A stretch of 64,000 nucleotides of DNA from an uncultured Methylomirabilota bacterium (GCA_963845565.1 CAWJSJ010000002.1:1376001-1440000); one strand, 5' to 3'; shown: positions 53,051 through 62,982, numbered from the stretch's first letter. The notes: generated from the sequence alone by a model not told the origin. Translations and numbers: made by a program.

Positions 53051-53144
53051 GGTTCACCTCCAAAACGGGTCCAGATACAAAACGATTCTCGCCGATCTCG
53101 GCGGATTTGGCAAGCGACCCGGGGTTGGAGCTATTCTCGTTGCG

Positions 53145-54653
53145 CTAGCCGAGCGCGGCGACCGCCGCGTGAACCCCTATCTGGACAATGCGAGACAATT
53201 GCGCGCTGACGGCCTCCGTCAGGTCGGGCAAAGCGTTCAGGTCCTCCCCCCAGAAATCGGTGCGAGCGAGGATGGCCCGGCAGAGCGCGAGCGCGTCGCG
53301 GTGATGTTCGTAGCGACGCCACTGGTCGGCGAACGCTTCCAAGACCGGAGCATCGTCCTTCACCGGGTAGGGCCCGCCCTCACGCCGTCCCATGAGTGCG
53401 CCGTCCCGGATCTCCGTCCCGCGGTAAAATGCCAGGAGCGCCGCCAGCGAGAAGGTGAGGGCGGACGGTAGGCGCCGGTTCGCGGCGCGGTATTCGAGGA
53501 GTGAGGGCAAAACGCGCACGCGGTACTTGGAAACGGAGTTCAGCGCAATGCTGATGAGGTTGTGTTTGATGAAGGGGTTCGCCAGCCGCTCCATGACCTC
53601 CTCGGCGAAGGCGCGCGTCTCCTCCGCCGGCAGGGTGAGCAACGGCAGGATCTCATCGAAGACGCCCCGCCGGACGTAGCGGCCCAACACGGGATCCTCC
53701 ACACACTCACGAACCGTGTCGAGGCCGGCCAGGTATGCCGCCAGCGCCATCATCGTGTGGGCGCCGTTCAGGATGCGTACCTTGCGGGTCCGGAACGGCT
53801 GCAGGTCCGGCGTCCAGACGACGTTCAGACCGGCCTGCGTCAGGGGCAGTTCCTTGGCGACCTCCTCGTCCCCCTCGATCACCCAGACGTGAAAGATCTC
53901 CCCCGTGGTGAGCAGGCGATCTTCGTAGCCGAGCTGTTCGGTGAGCGTCGGGATCTCCTCGTGCGGATACCCCGGAACGATGCGATCCACGAGAGTATTC
54001 AAGAATCGGTTGTCTTCCGTGACCCAGCGGACGAACTCCCGGCTCAGGTTCCAGGCAGCGGCATGGCGGAGAACGCACGATCGCAACTGGTCGCCGTTTC
54101 GATCGATCAGCTCGCAGGGCAGGAAGACGAGCCCCTTGGAAGGGTCGCCATCGAGCCGGGAAAACCGCTCGGCGAGAAGCGCGGCGACCTTGGCGGGGAA
54201 CGACGCCGGACACCGACCCGCCGGTCGCGGCTCCTCCAGGTAGGCGATGCCGGCTTCCGTGGTGTTGGAGACCACAAAGCGCAGGTCGGGCTGCGCGGCA
54301 GCGGCGAGAAAGGCACCCCAATCCTGGTACGGATCGATACCGCGGCGAATGGCGGGGATGACCTCGCGCTGCTCCACGACTTTCCCGCCCTGGAGGCCCC
54401 GCAGGATCAGGGTGTATAAGCCGTCCTGCCCGTTAAGGACATCCACGAGGCCCCGTTCGATGGGTTGGACGACCACCACCTGGCCACCAAAGAGCCCCCG
54501 GCGGTTCATGGTGTCGATCATCCAGTCCACGAAGGAGCGCAGAAAATTGCCCTCGCCGAACTGGAGGACGCGCTCGGGGTGGTCCGCAATACATCCGACC
54601 GTCACGCCGGCGGATGGCGAGATGCTGCCGACCGTCTTCCGATTCAGGTGCAT
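53145..54653 (-). CDS. uxaB: Tagaturonate reductase (altronate oxidoreductase)
   Basis: QFGEGNFLR, SNTTEAGI, PCELI, NTLVDRIVPG, KVRILNGAHT. Confidence 0.92.
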   Translation of the reverse strand: MHLNRKTVGSISPSAGVTVGCIADHPERVLQFGEGNFLRSFVDWMIDTMNRRGLFGGQVVVVQPIERGLVDVLNGQDGLYTLILRGLQGGKVVEQREVIPAIRRGIDPYQDWGAFLAAAAQPDLRFVVSNTTEAGIAYLEEPRPAGRCPASFPAKVAALLAERFSRLDGDPSKGLVFLPCELIDRNGDQLRSCVLRHAAAWNLSREFVRWVTEDNRFLNTLVDRIVPGYPHEEIPTLTEQLGYEDRLLTTGEIFHVWVIEGDEEVAKELPLTQAGLNVVWTPDLQPFRTRKVRILNGAHTMMALAAYLAGLDTVRECVEDPVLGRYVRRGVFDEILPLLTLPAEETRAFAEEVMERLANPFIKHNLISIALNSVSKYRVRVLPSLLEYRAANRRLPSALTFSLAALLAFYRGTEIRDGALMGRREGGPYPVKDDAPVLEAFADQWRRYEHHRDALALCRAILARTDFWGEDLNALPDLTEAVSAQLSRIVQIGVHAAVAALG

Positions 54654-54726
54654 GCGGTGTCCGTTTCCCCTCGGGTTAATGCGACAGTCCCCAGAGTTCT
54701 CCCGCGGCTGGTGTGCGCCAGGCGGC

Positions 54727-54831
54727 TTAGGAGCCGTTGCGAAATAACTTGGCCATTTTTGTAATTTCGTTACGGCTCCTTATGCCGTTTCCGAAATTTC
54801 TCCGGTCAAGTTATTCTTTGACAACGGCTTA
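54727..54831 (+). repeat. Family-1 ~105 bp double-hairpin repeat, copy C
   Basis: Near-identical to 22107-22212; its terminal TTA is the TAA stop of the Fe-ADH gene. Confidence 0.9.
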
Positions 54832-55992
54832 TCCCAAGGCCTCACGGTACAGCGCCAAGACCTGGTCGCGGGTGGGCCGGCGGGGGTTCAGGCCCACGCC
54901 GAGGGTGGCCTTCATGGCGCCGTCAGCCAGCGACTCCAGCACGGCGTCCGTCACGCCGACCTCGCGCAGGGTGCGCGGGATGCCCACGTCGTCCGCCAGC
55001 TCCCGCACGGCGTCCACCGCCAGGCGGGCCGCCTCCATGGGTGTCAACCCGTCGGTGTCCTCTCCCAGCGCCGCGGCGATGTCGGCGTGCTTTTCGGGAT
55101 TGCCGATGAGATTGAATTCCATGACGTACCGAACCAGGATGGCGTTGGCGATGCCGTGTGGGACCTGCGTGTGTCCGGTCACCGCGTGGGACATGGCGTG
55201 GACCAGGGTCGTCCTAGTGTTGTTGAAGCCCAGGCCCGCCAGCAGGCTGGCCATGGCCATTCCGGACAAGTCCGCGAGATTCCCGTTGGCCGCGGCGGGT
55301 CGAAGATGCCGGCCGATCATCTCGATGGCGTGGAGGTTGAAGGCGTCCGAGAGAAACTGGGCCGCCTGGCTGGTGTAGGACTCGATGGCGTGGCAGAGGG
55401 CATCCATGCCCGTCGAGGCCACCAGCTTGCCGGGGAGCTTGGCGAGGAGCGTGGGATCCACCACGGCGACTTTGGGGATGTTGTGAGGGCTGCCGATGCC
55501 CATCTTGAAGTGCTTCTCGGTGTCGGTGATGACGGTGAACTGGGTCACCTCGGAGCCGGTGCCGCAGGTGGTGGGAATGGCGATCAGCGGCGGCAGCGGC
55601 TTCTTGATTCTGTCGGCGCCGAAGTACTCTCGGATGTCTCCGCCGTTCGTGGCCAGAAGCCCGATCGCCTTGGCGGCGTCCATGGGGCTGCCCCCGCCGA
55701 CGGCGACGAGGCCGTCGCAGCCCTCCTTGGCGTACAGGGCGAGCCCCTTGTGGACCGTCTCGATGCTGGGGTTCGGCTCCACATCCGAGAAGACCACGCA
55801 TGTCATCCCGGCGCTTTCCAGGCTCTTCGTGACCTGGCCGGGGATGTCGGTCTGCACAAGGCCGCGGTCGGTGACGACGAGCGGGCGGGTCACGGCGAGG
55901 CGGGCGGCCTCGACCCCCACCTGCGCCACTGAGCCGACGCCGAACACGATGCGGGGAGCTACGGTCAAGGTGTACGTCTTGCTGATGTCCAT
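54829..55992 (-). CDS. Iron-containing alcohol dehydrogenase
   Basis: VEPNP, GGGSPMD, IPTTCGTGSE, GMDALCHAIES, HAMSH, PHG; start MDISKTY after GGAGG. Confidence 0.92.
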   Translation of the reverse strand: MDISKTYTLTVAPRIVFGVGSVAQVGVEAARLAVTRPLVVTDRGLVQTDIPGQVTKSLESAGMTCVVFSDVEPNPSIETVHKGLALYAKEGCDGLVAVGGGSPMDAAKAIGLLATNGGDIREYFGADRIKKPLPPLIAIPTTCGTGSEVTQFTVITDTEKHFKMGIGSPHNIPKVAVVDPTLLAKLPGKLVASTGMDALCHAIESYTSQAAQFLSDAFNLHAIEMIGRHLRPAAANGNLADLSGMAMASLLAGLGFNNTRTTLVHAMSHAVTGHTQVPHGIANAILVRYVMEFNLIGNPEKHADIAAALGEDTDGLTPMEAARLAVDAVRELADDVGIPRTLREVGVTDAVLESLADGAMKATLGVGLNPRRPTRDQVLALYREALG

Positions 55993-56284
55993 TCGCACGA
56001 CCTCCGTTTCAGAGTGAGAACGACACGAACCGAAAAGAGGAAGACCCACAGACGCTATCGCCCGGCATGGGCCAGTGTCAAGGGAGAAGGGGAGCGACTG
56101 TTGTGAAAGCGGACGATGAGGCTGTCGGCCGACGGCCGGGCCGGGAGGCGCGCCGGGGATTCCCGTTGACGGCGGCCGAAAGAGAGTGATAGGAAGTCTC
56201 GCGAGGGTGGCAGGGTGTGAAGGAGCCCACCGGTTGCCATCCATCACCTGCAGCGGGTCCATCGCAGACAAGGAGGAGACGATC

Positions 56285-57343
56285 ATGGACGAGAAGATCG
56301 AGAAATCCACGGTGCAGCGACGCGATGTGTTGAAGCTGGGGGTGGGCCTTGGTTTGTTGGGGATGGCAGGACCGGCGGCCGCCCAGTCGTTCGGGTTCAA
56401 GGGCAGCCAGCGGTATCCGGACCCGGCCATCCAGATCCTGGATCCGAGCTTCGGCAAGTACCGGGTCTACTCGGCCGGCGTGGAGCAACTGGCGACGGGG
56501 TTCCGGTGGGCCGAGGGGCCGGTCTGGTTCGGCGACGGGCGGTACGTCCTCTTTTCCGACATCCCGAACAACCGCATCATGCGCTATGACGAGGCCACCG
56601 GGCAGACGGGCGTCTTCCGCCAACCGGCCAATTTCGCCAACGGCATGTGCCGCGACCGGCAGGGCCGCCTCATCGTCTGCGAGCACTCCGTGACCCGCCG
56701 GGTCACCCGCACCGAGTACGACGGCACGATCACGGTGCTCGCGGATCGTTTCGAGGGCAAGCGGTTCAATTCACCCAACGACATCGTCTGCAAGTCCGAC
56801 GGCTCGATCTGGTTCACGGACCCGCCGTTCGGTATCGGGGGCAACTACGAGGGAGAGAAGGCGGCGCCCGAGATGCCGCACGCGGTGTACCGGATCGACG
56901 GGCAGACCGGGAAGGTCACCCGCGTCCTCGAGGCCATCATGCCGAACGGCCTGGCCTTCACCCCGGACGAGAAGAAGCTCTACATCATCGCCCGGATCCC
57001 CCCGAAGCGCCTGCTGTTTGCCTACGACGTGACCTCCGACGGGAAGTTGACCAATCAGAGCACGGTGGTCGACGCGGGCACGATCGGGGCGCTGGACGGG
57101 TTCCGGGTCGACACGGACGGCAACATCTGGGCCGGCTGGGGCAGCTCGGGCTTCCCGGAGGCCAAGGCGGAGGAGCTCGACGGCGTGATGGTGTTCACCC
57201 CCCAGGGCAACGCCATCGGCCACATCCGACTCCCAGAGCGCTGCGCCAACCTGTGTTTCGGCGGCGCCAAGAAGAACCGCCTGTTCATGACGAGCTGCCA
57301 TTCGCTGTATTCGCTGTTTGTGGAAGCGCACGGCGCTGTCTAG
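56285..57343 (+). CDS. SMP-30/gluconolactonase family protein with Tat signal
   Basis: QRRDVLK leader, AEGPVW, SDIP, NSPND, PNGLAF, DGFRVD. Confidence 0.9.
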   Translation: MDEKIEKSTVQRRDVLKLGVGLGLLGMAGPAAAQSFGFKGSQRYPDPAIQILDPSFGKYRVYSAGVEQLATGFRWAEGPVWFGDGRYVLFSDIPNNRIMRYDEATGQTGVFRQPANFANGMCRDRQGRLIVCEHSVTRRVTRTEYDGTITVLADRFEGKRFNSPNDIVCKSDGSIWFTDPPFGIGGNYEGEKAAPEMPHAVYRIDGQTGKVTRVLEAIMPNGLAFTPDEKKLYIIARIPPKRLLFAYDVTSDGKLTNQSTVVDAGTIGALDGFRVDTDGNIWAGWGSSGFPEAKAEELDGVMVFTPQGNAIGHIRLPERCANLCFGGAKKNRLFMTSCHSLYSLFVEAHGAV

Positions 57344-57516
57344 TCGGCTGCCGGGTACCCACCCGAGAAGGGGGGGGCGCTCCTACGGGGCGCGGACCGG
57401 CGTCACCCGTGGCATGGGGGGTGGCCGACGAGAATCGCGGCGCGGCCCCCAAAAGCAAATTCCTATCACCGATTCAGTGCGGGAATAGCGGCAGCCGCCG
57501 CGAAAGGAGAACACGC

Positions 57517-57729
57517 ATGGCGACGACGAAGACGGCCAAGAAGAAAGCGGTGAAACCGGAGAGTGCGCACTGCCACTGCGACGACAAGCTCTGCGCCATG
57601 GCCTGCTGCATGTGCCGGACGAACGTGAAGGAGTTGCGGCCCTTGGTCAAGAACGCCAAGTTCATCTGCCAAGAGTGCGGCCGCGCCGCCGCCAAGGCCG
57701 CCAACCTCTGCCAGCCCGTGCGCTTGTAG
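57517..57729 (+). CDS. Small Cys/His-rich putative metal-binding protein (70 aa)
   Basis: AAGGAG SD; MATTKTAKKK...HCHC...CAMACCMC...FICQECGRAA...NLCQP; biased codons; followed by a terminator hairpin. Confidence 0.8.
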   Translation: MATTKTAKKKAVKPESAHCHCDDKLCAMACCMCRTNVKELRPLVKNAKFICQECGRAAAKAANLCQPVRL

Positions 57730-57778
57730 CGTCCTTCGGTCTCTCCTTCTTGGGTCGGCTCCGATTTCCTCACAGGAG

Positions 57779-57808
57779 CGAAGGCAGGGAAGGGATTCCC
57801 TGCCTTCG
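57779..57808 (+). terminator. Intrinsic terminator hairpin, possibly bidirectional
   Basis: 13-bp perfect stem CGAAGGCAGGGAA / TTCCCTGCCTTCG followed by TCTGTTCT. Confidence 0.7.
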
Positions 57809-57832
57809 TCTGTTCTCCACACCCCCACTATC

Positions 57833-58077
57833 GCCGTGCGCCGCCCTAGCCCGCACCTGGGGAAAGCCAGGCGAGCCGCTATCAGTAATGGGGCACCCGG
57901 CCATGTTCGGCACGGTACGGGACCCCGCGCTCACAGGCCCTACCCGGTGAGGGGTGCGACACGGCTGAGGTCATCCGCGCGGCCCCGAGCAACCAGGAGA
58001 GGAACCCTGCCCAGTCTCTTCCGCTCACGTGGGGCCGGATCCCCGGGGGCAGCCAGGCGGGCGCGGTACAGCATGGC
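57833..58077 (-). ncRNA. Candidate structured non-coding RNA of unknown family
   Basis: No credible CDS between two terminators; several nested helices and imperfect terminal direct repeats; strand tentative. Confidence 0.35.
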
Positions 58078-58179
58078 AGGGGAGACGCTTCCACAGCGTG
58101 CGTAACATGGCAACCCCCCATGACGTCCCCCATGACCCGTCCCCCATTACCCGAGCGGTGATCGAATCCCTGAAAACAC

Positions 58180-58213
58180 CAACGGGGGTCCCGATGGCTC
58201 GGGACCCCCGTTG
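58180..58213 (-). terminator. Intrinsic terminator of glyQ-glyS-ppdK
   Basis: 15-bp perfect stem CAACGGGGGTCCCGA / TCGGGACCCCCGTTG followed on minus strand by GTGTTTT. Confidence 0.8.
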
Positions 58214-58238
58214 ACTTACCGCTCGACTGAACGGGCGA

Positions 58239-60899
58239 CTACTTCTCGCCCTTGTCCACGACCTTCACCTTGCCCTTCAAGTTCGCGTGGGCCGCCGCCA
58301 GCTTGGCCACCGGGATCCGGTAGGGCGAGCAGCTGACGTAGTCCAGGCCGATGTCGTGGCAGAAGATGACCGACGCCGGATCGCCGCCGTGCTCGCCGCA
58401 GATGCCGAGCTCCAGGTTCTTCCGGACCTTGCGGCCGCGCTCCGCGCCCATCTTCATCATCTCGCCGACGCCTTCCTGGTCGATGCTGACGAAGGGGTCC
58501 TCCTTGTAGATCTTGCGATCGACATACATCGGGAGGAACTTGCCGGCGTCGTCGCGCGACAGGGCCAGGGTGGTCTGGGTGAGGTCGTTGGTCCCGAAGG
58601 AGAAGAACTCCGCCTGGGACGCGATCTCGCCCGCCGCGATGCAGGCGCGCGGAATTTCGATCATGGTGCCGATCATGTACTTGACCTTGACCCCGTACTT
58701 CTTCTGGGTCTCCTTGGCGACCCGCTCCACGATATCCTTCTGGAGCTGGTACTCGGCCAGCGTGCCGATGAGCGGGATCATGACCTCGGGGAACGAACTC
58801 TTCCCCTCCTTCTTCAACTCGCAGGCGGCCTCGAAGATGGCCTGAGCCTGCATCTCGGTGATCTCGGGGTACTCGATTCCCAGGCGACAGCCGCGGAAGC
58901 CCAGCATGGGGTTGAACTCGTGCATGCTGTCCACCTTGGCCTTGATCCGCTCGACCGTCATGCCGCTCTTCTTGGACAGGTCCTGCATGTCCTCTTCGGT
59001 CTTGGGCAGGAACTCGTGCAGCGGCGGGTCCAGGGTGCGGATGGTCACGGGCAGGTTGCCCATGATCCCCAGGATGCCCTTGAAATCCTGCTTCTGCATG
59101 GGCAGGAGCTTGGCCAGAGCCTTCTTGCGGCCTTCCAGGTCGTTGGCCAGGATCATCTCCCGGACGGCGTCGATCCGATCACCCTCGAAGAACATGTGCT
59201 CGGTCCGGCACAGGCCGATGCCTTCGCCGCCGAACTGCATGGTCACCTTGGCGTCCTTCGGGGTGTCGGCATTGGCGCGCACGCCGATCTTCCGAGTCTT
59301 GTCGGCCCAGGACATGAGGGTGGAGAAATCGCCGGACATCTCCGGCTGGATCAGCTTGGCCTCGCCCAGCATGACCTCGCCGGTGCTGCCGTCCAGGGTG
59401 ATGTATTCGCCGCGCTGGACCTTGAGGTCCTTGGCGAAGAAGTAGCCGTGTTCCTCGTACACCGTGATGTCGTTCGAGCCGGCCACGCACGGCTTCCCCA
59501 TGCCCCGGGCCACCACGGCCGCGTGGGAGGTCATGCCGCCGCGGGCGGTCAGGATGCCCTGGGCCGCGTTCATCCCGCCGATGTCCTCGGGCGAGGTTTC
59601 GAGGCGCACCAGGACGACGCGCTCCCCCTTGGCCGCCATCTCCTCGGCCTCGGCCGCGGTGAACACGGCCTTGCCGACGGCCGCGCCGGGCGACGCCGGC
59701 AGGCCCTTGGCGATCTTCTGCGGCTTGACCGAGGGATCCACGCGGGGGTGCAGGAGCTGGTCGAGCTGACCCGGGGAGACGCGCAAGACCGCCTCCTCCT
59801 TGCTGATCAGCTTCTCCTTCATCAGGTCCACGGCGATCTTCACGGCCGCCGCCGCGGTGCGCTTCCCGACCCGACACTGCAGCATGTACAGCTTGCCGTC
59901 CTGGATCGTGAACTCGATGTCCTGCATGTCGCGGTAGTGCTTCTCCAGCCGCTTGTAGATCGCCTCGAGTTCGGCGTAGATCTTGGGCATCTGCTTCTTG
60001 AGTTCGGCGATGGGCACCGGGGTGCGCACGCCGGCCACCACGTCCTCGCCCTGGGCGTTGATCAGGTACTCGCCGAAGAAGCGTTTCTCACCGGTACCGG
60101 GATCCCGCGTGAAGGCGACGCCGGTGCCCGAGTTCTCGCCCATGTTCCCGTAGGCCATGGCCTGGACGTTGACCGCGGTGCCCCAGTCGCCGGGGATCTT
60201 GTTCAGCTTGCGGTAGGTGACGGCCCGCTGGTTGTCCCAGGAGCCGAACACGGCGTTGATGGCGTACTTGAGCTGCTCCTTGGGCTCCTGCGGGAACTCC
60301 TTGCCGGTCTTGTCCTTGAACACCCGCTTGAAGAGATCGACCAGCTCCTTCAGGTCCTGGGCGGTCAACTCGGTGTCCAGCTTCACCTTCTTGGCGTGCT
60401 TCTGGGCCTCGATCAGCCGCTCGAAGACCGGCTTCTCGATCCCCATCACCACGTCGCTGAACATCTGGATGAAGCGGCGATACGAGTCGTACGCGAAGCG
60501 CTCGTTCTTGGTCCGGGCGATGAGCCCCTTCAGGCTGGTGTCGTTCAGGCCCAGGTTCAGGACGGTGTCCATCATCCCGGGCATGGACACCCGGGCGCCG
60601 GAGCGGACGGAGACGAGGAGCGGGTTGCTCGGGTCGCCGAAGGAGGCCCCCATGGCCTTCTCCAGCTTCTTCAGGGCGTCCTCGACCTGCTTCCACATCC
60701 CCTGCGGGTATTGCATCTTGTTGGTGGTGTAGTAGATGCAGGCCTCCGTGGTGATGGTGAAGCCGGCCGGCACCGGGATGCCCAAGCGGGTCATCTCGTG
60801 CAGGTTGGCGCCCTTACCGCCCAGGAGGTTCTTCTGCTCCGCCCGACCCTCTGCCTTCTTGTTCCCGAAAAAGTAGACCCACTTTTTTGCCGTTGCCAT
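58239..60899 (-). CDS. ppdK: Pyruvate, phosphate dikinase
   Basis: LLGGKGANL, SVRSGARVSMPGMMDT, GGMTSHAAVVARG, GLCRTEHMF, FSFGTNDLTQ, GICGEHGG. Confidence 0.97.
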   Translation of the reverse strand: MATAKKWVYFFGNKKAEGRAEQKNLLGGKGANLHEMTRLGIPVPAGFTITTEACIYYTTNKMQYPQGMWKQVEDALKKLEKAMGASFGDPSNPLLVSVRSGARVSMPGMMDTVLNLGLNDTSLKGLIARTKNERFAYDSYRRFIQMFSDVVMGIEKPVFERLIEAQKHAKKVKLDTELTAQDLKELVDLFKRVFKDKTGKEFPQEPKEQLKYAINAVFGSWDNQRAVTYRKLNKIPGDWGTAVNVQAMAYGNMGENSGTGVAFTRDPGTGEKRFFGEYLINAQGEDVVAGVRTPVPIAELKKQMPKIYAELEAIYKRLEKHYRDMQDIEFTIQDGKLYMLQCRVGKRTAAAAVKIAVDLMKEKLISKEEAVLRVSPGQLDQLLHPRVDPSVKPQKIAKGLPASPGAAVGKAVFTAAEAEEMAAKGERVVLVRLETSPEDIGGMNAAQGILTARGGMTSHAAVVARGMGKPCVAGSNDITVYEEHGYFFAKDLKVQRGEYITLDGSTGEVMLGEAKLIQPEMSGDFSTLMSWADKTRKIGVRANADTPKDAKVTMQFGGEGIGLCRTEHMFFEGDRIDAVREMILANDLEGRKKALAKLLPMQKQDFKGILGIMGNLPVTIRTLDPPLHEFLPKTEEDMQDLSKKSGMTVERIKAKVDSMHEFNPMLGFRGCRLGIEYPEITEMQAQAIFEAACELKKEGKSSFPEVMIPLIGTLAEYQLQKDIVERVAKETQKKYGVKVKYMIGTMIEIPRACIAAGEIASQAEFFSFGTNDLTQTTLALSRDDAGKFLPMYVDRKIYKEDPFVSIDQEGVGEMMKMGAERGRKVRKNLELGICGEHGGDPASVIFCHDIGLDYVSCSPYRIPVAKLAAAHANLKGKVKVVDKGEK

Positions 60900-60918
60900 A
60901 GATTCCTCCGATGTCCCC

Positions 60919-62982
60919 CTACCCGTTGATTTTCGTGAAGTCCGCGATACGTGCGAACAAGTCCCCGACCGTCTTGAGGAGCGCGAACCGATTCTGGGTC
61001 AGCGCCTCATCCGGTCCGATGACCAGCACCTCCTCGAAGAACATGTCCACCATCGGCTTGAGCGCCACGATGCGCCGCAGCGCACCCAGGTAATCCTGGG
61101 CGGCCACCAGCCGCTCCACCTCCCCTTTCAACTCGAGGGCCTGGGCATGCAGCGCGCGCTCGGCCCCCTCCACCAGACGGCTCACCTCGACCGGCCGGTC
61201 GAACCCACGCGGGATGATCCCCACCACTCGTCGGAAGGCGACCGCCAGTTCGCCAAAATCCGCCTCGCGCTTGAGGATCGCCAGCGCCTCGGCGCGCCGG
61301 GCGACGTCCGCCACGTCGTCTGAGCCGGCCGAGAGGACCGATTCCAACACGTCCCCGGGCAGTCCGCGTTCCGCCAGAACAGCGTGGGTCCGGCCGCGCA
61401 GAAAATCCAGGACTGCCTGCCGGACCGCCTCGGCGTCCGGTCCGGCCGCGCCGTAGCCCGCCTGGGCGCACGCCACCGCCTCGTTCAGGAGGAGGCGACA
61501 CCCCCGCTGGAGGATGATTTGCACCACCCCCAGCGCCGCACGCCGCAGTGCGTACGGGTCCTCGGAGCCGGTGGGGACGAGCCCGATGCCGAAGCAGCCC
61601 ACGATGGAGTCGAGCCGATCCGCCAACGCCACCGCGGCCCCCACGCCGGAGGCGGGGAGGCGGTCGCCGGCGAAGCGAGGCAGATAATGCTCCTCGATCG
61701 CCTGGCAGACCTCGGGCGGCTCGCCCGAGAGGCGGGCGTATTCCCGACCCATGGTTCCCTGCAGGTTGGGGAACTCCTTGACCATGTTGGTCGGAAGGTC
61801 CGCCTTACAGAGCAGGGCGGCCCGCCCGGCAGCGGTGCGAGCGGCGGGGTCCACGCGCTCCGCGATCCAGGCGGCCAGGTGCTGGAGCCGTCGGACCTTG
61901 TCGGCCACCGATCCCAGCTTTTCCTGGAAGATGATGTGGTCCAGCTCGGGGAGCCGGTCGGGCAGCGGGCGCTTCCGATCCTCGCGGAAGAAGAACTCCG
62001 CGTCGTTCAAGCGGGCGCGCAGGACGCGCTCGTTGCCCTGGCGGATCAGCTCCATGTCCTTGGCCTGCATGTTGGAGATGGTCACGAAGTACGGGAGCAG
62101 ATTCCCGATGGCGTCCACCACCGGAAAGTAACGCTGGTGTTTTTGCATCGGGGTCACGATGACCTCGCGCGGGAGCTCCAGGTACTCCGGCTTGAAGGCG
62201 CCGCAGACCGCGGTGGGGAATTCGACGAGGTCGGCCACCGACTCCACCAGGGCCTCGTCCAGGACCGGGCGGCCCTTGACGTTCGCGGCGGCCTCGGTCG
62301 CTTGAGCGCGCACCATCTCCCGGCGGCGGGCCGGGTCGACGATCACAAACCGACTCTCGAGAACGTCGAGGTATTCCTGAAAGCTGCGCACGCGGGCACC
62401 GCGCGGGGCCAGGAAGCGGTGGCCGTAGGTCTTGCCGTCGGTCGCGAGGCCGTCCACCGCGAACGGTACCACCCGACCATCGAAGATCGCCAGCAACCAC
62501 CGGATGGGACGGACGAAGCGGATCGCGCCCTCACCCCAACGCATGAACTTGGGGAAGGAGAGCATGCCGAGCAATCTCGGCAGGGCCGTCGCCAGAACGT
62601 CGCGGGCGCGGCCGCCCTGCTCCTCCTGGAGAGCGACCACATATTCACCACGCTCCAGCGCGCGAACCTGCAAGGACTCGACGGCGACCCCCTGGGCCCG
62701 GGCGAATCCCTCGGCGGCCTTGGTCGGCCGTCCCTCGGCGTCGAAGGCCACCGCCTTGGGCGGCCCAATCACCTCTCGGCGCACGTCCGCCTGGCGCTCC
62801 GCCAGGCCATCCACGAAGAGGACCAAGCGGCGCGGCGTGCCCAGCGTGCGGATCGTGTCGCAGGCCAGCCGCTGCTCGCCGAACAGGCGGCGCGCCGCGG
62901 CCTTCAGTTCCTCCAGCGCAGGCGGGAGGTAGCCGGAGGGGATCTCCTCCGTGCCGATCTCGAAGAGCAGTTCCTTGCCCAT
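60919..62982 (-). CDS. glyS: Glycine-tRNA ligase beta subunit
   Basis: LLFEIGTEEIP, TPRRL, FVRPIRW, GNERVLRARL.DA.FF, PTGSEDPYALRR. Confidence 0.95.
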   Translation of the reverse strand: MGKELLFEIGTEEIPSGYLPPALEELKAAARRLFGEQRLACDTIRTLGTPRRLVLFVDGLAERQADVRREVIGPPKAVAFDAEGRPTKAAEGFARAQGVAVESLQVRALERGEYVVALQEEQGGRARDVLATALPRLLGMLSFPKFMRWGEGAIRFVRPIRWLLAIFDGRVVPFAVDGLATDGKTYGHRFLAPRGARVRSFQEYLDVLESRFVIVDPARRREMVRAQATEAAANVKGRPVLDEALVESVADLVEFPTAVCGAFKPEYLELPREVIVTPMQKHQRYFPVVDAIGNLLPYFVTISNMQAKDMELIRQGNERVLRARLNDAEFFFREDRKRPLPDRLPELDHIIFQEKLGSVADKVRRLQHLAAWIAERVDPAARTAAGRAALLCKADLPTNMVKEFPNLQGTMGREYARLSGEPPEVCQAIEEHYLPRFAGDRLPASGVGAAVALADRLDSIVGCFGIGLVPTGSEDPYALRRAALGVVQIILQRGCRLLLNEAVACAQAGYGAAGPDAEAVRQAVLDFLRGRTHAVLAERGLPGDVLESVLSAGSDDVADVARRAEALAILKREADFGELAVAFRRVVGIIPRGFDRPVEVSRLVEGAERALHAQALELKGEVERLVAAQDYLGALRRIVALKPMVDMFFEEVLVIGPDEALTQNRFALLKTVGDLFARIADFTKING

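Noticed and set aside
57833..58077. Large SRP RNA, suggested by GCCGTGC / GCACGGC ends
   Set aside because: The conserved CAGG..CGGAAG.AGCAG helix-8 motif is absent on both strands
58287..60929. Long antisense or alternate-frame ORFs (also 15148-17787, 26475-29234, 43534-45876, 46859-49579)
   Set aside because: Shadows of well-supported genes caused by high GC3; no recognisable motifs
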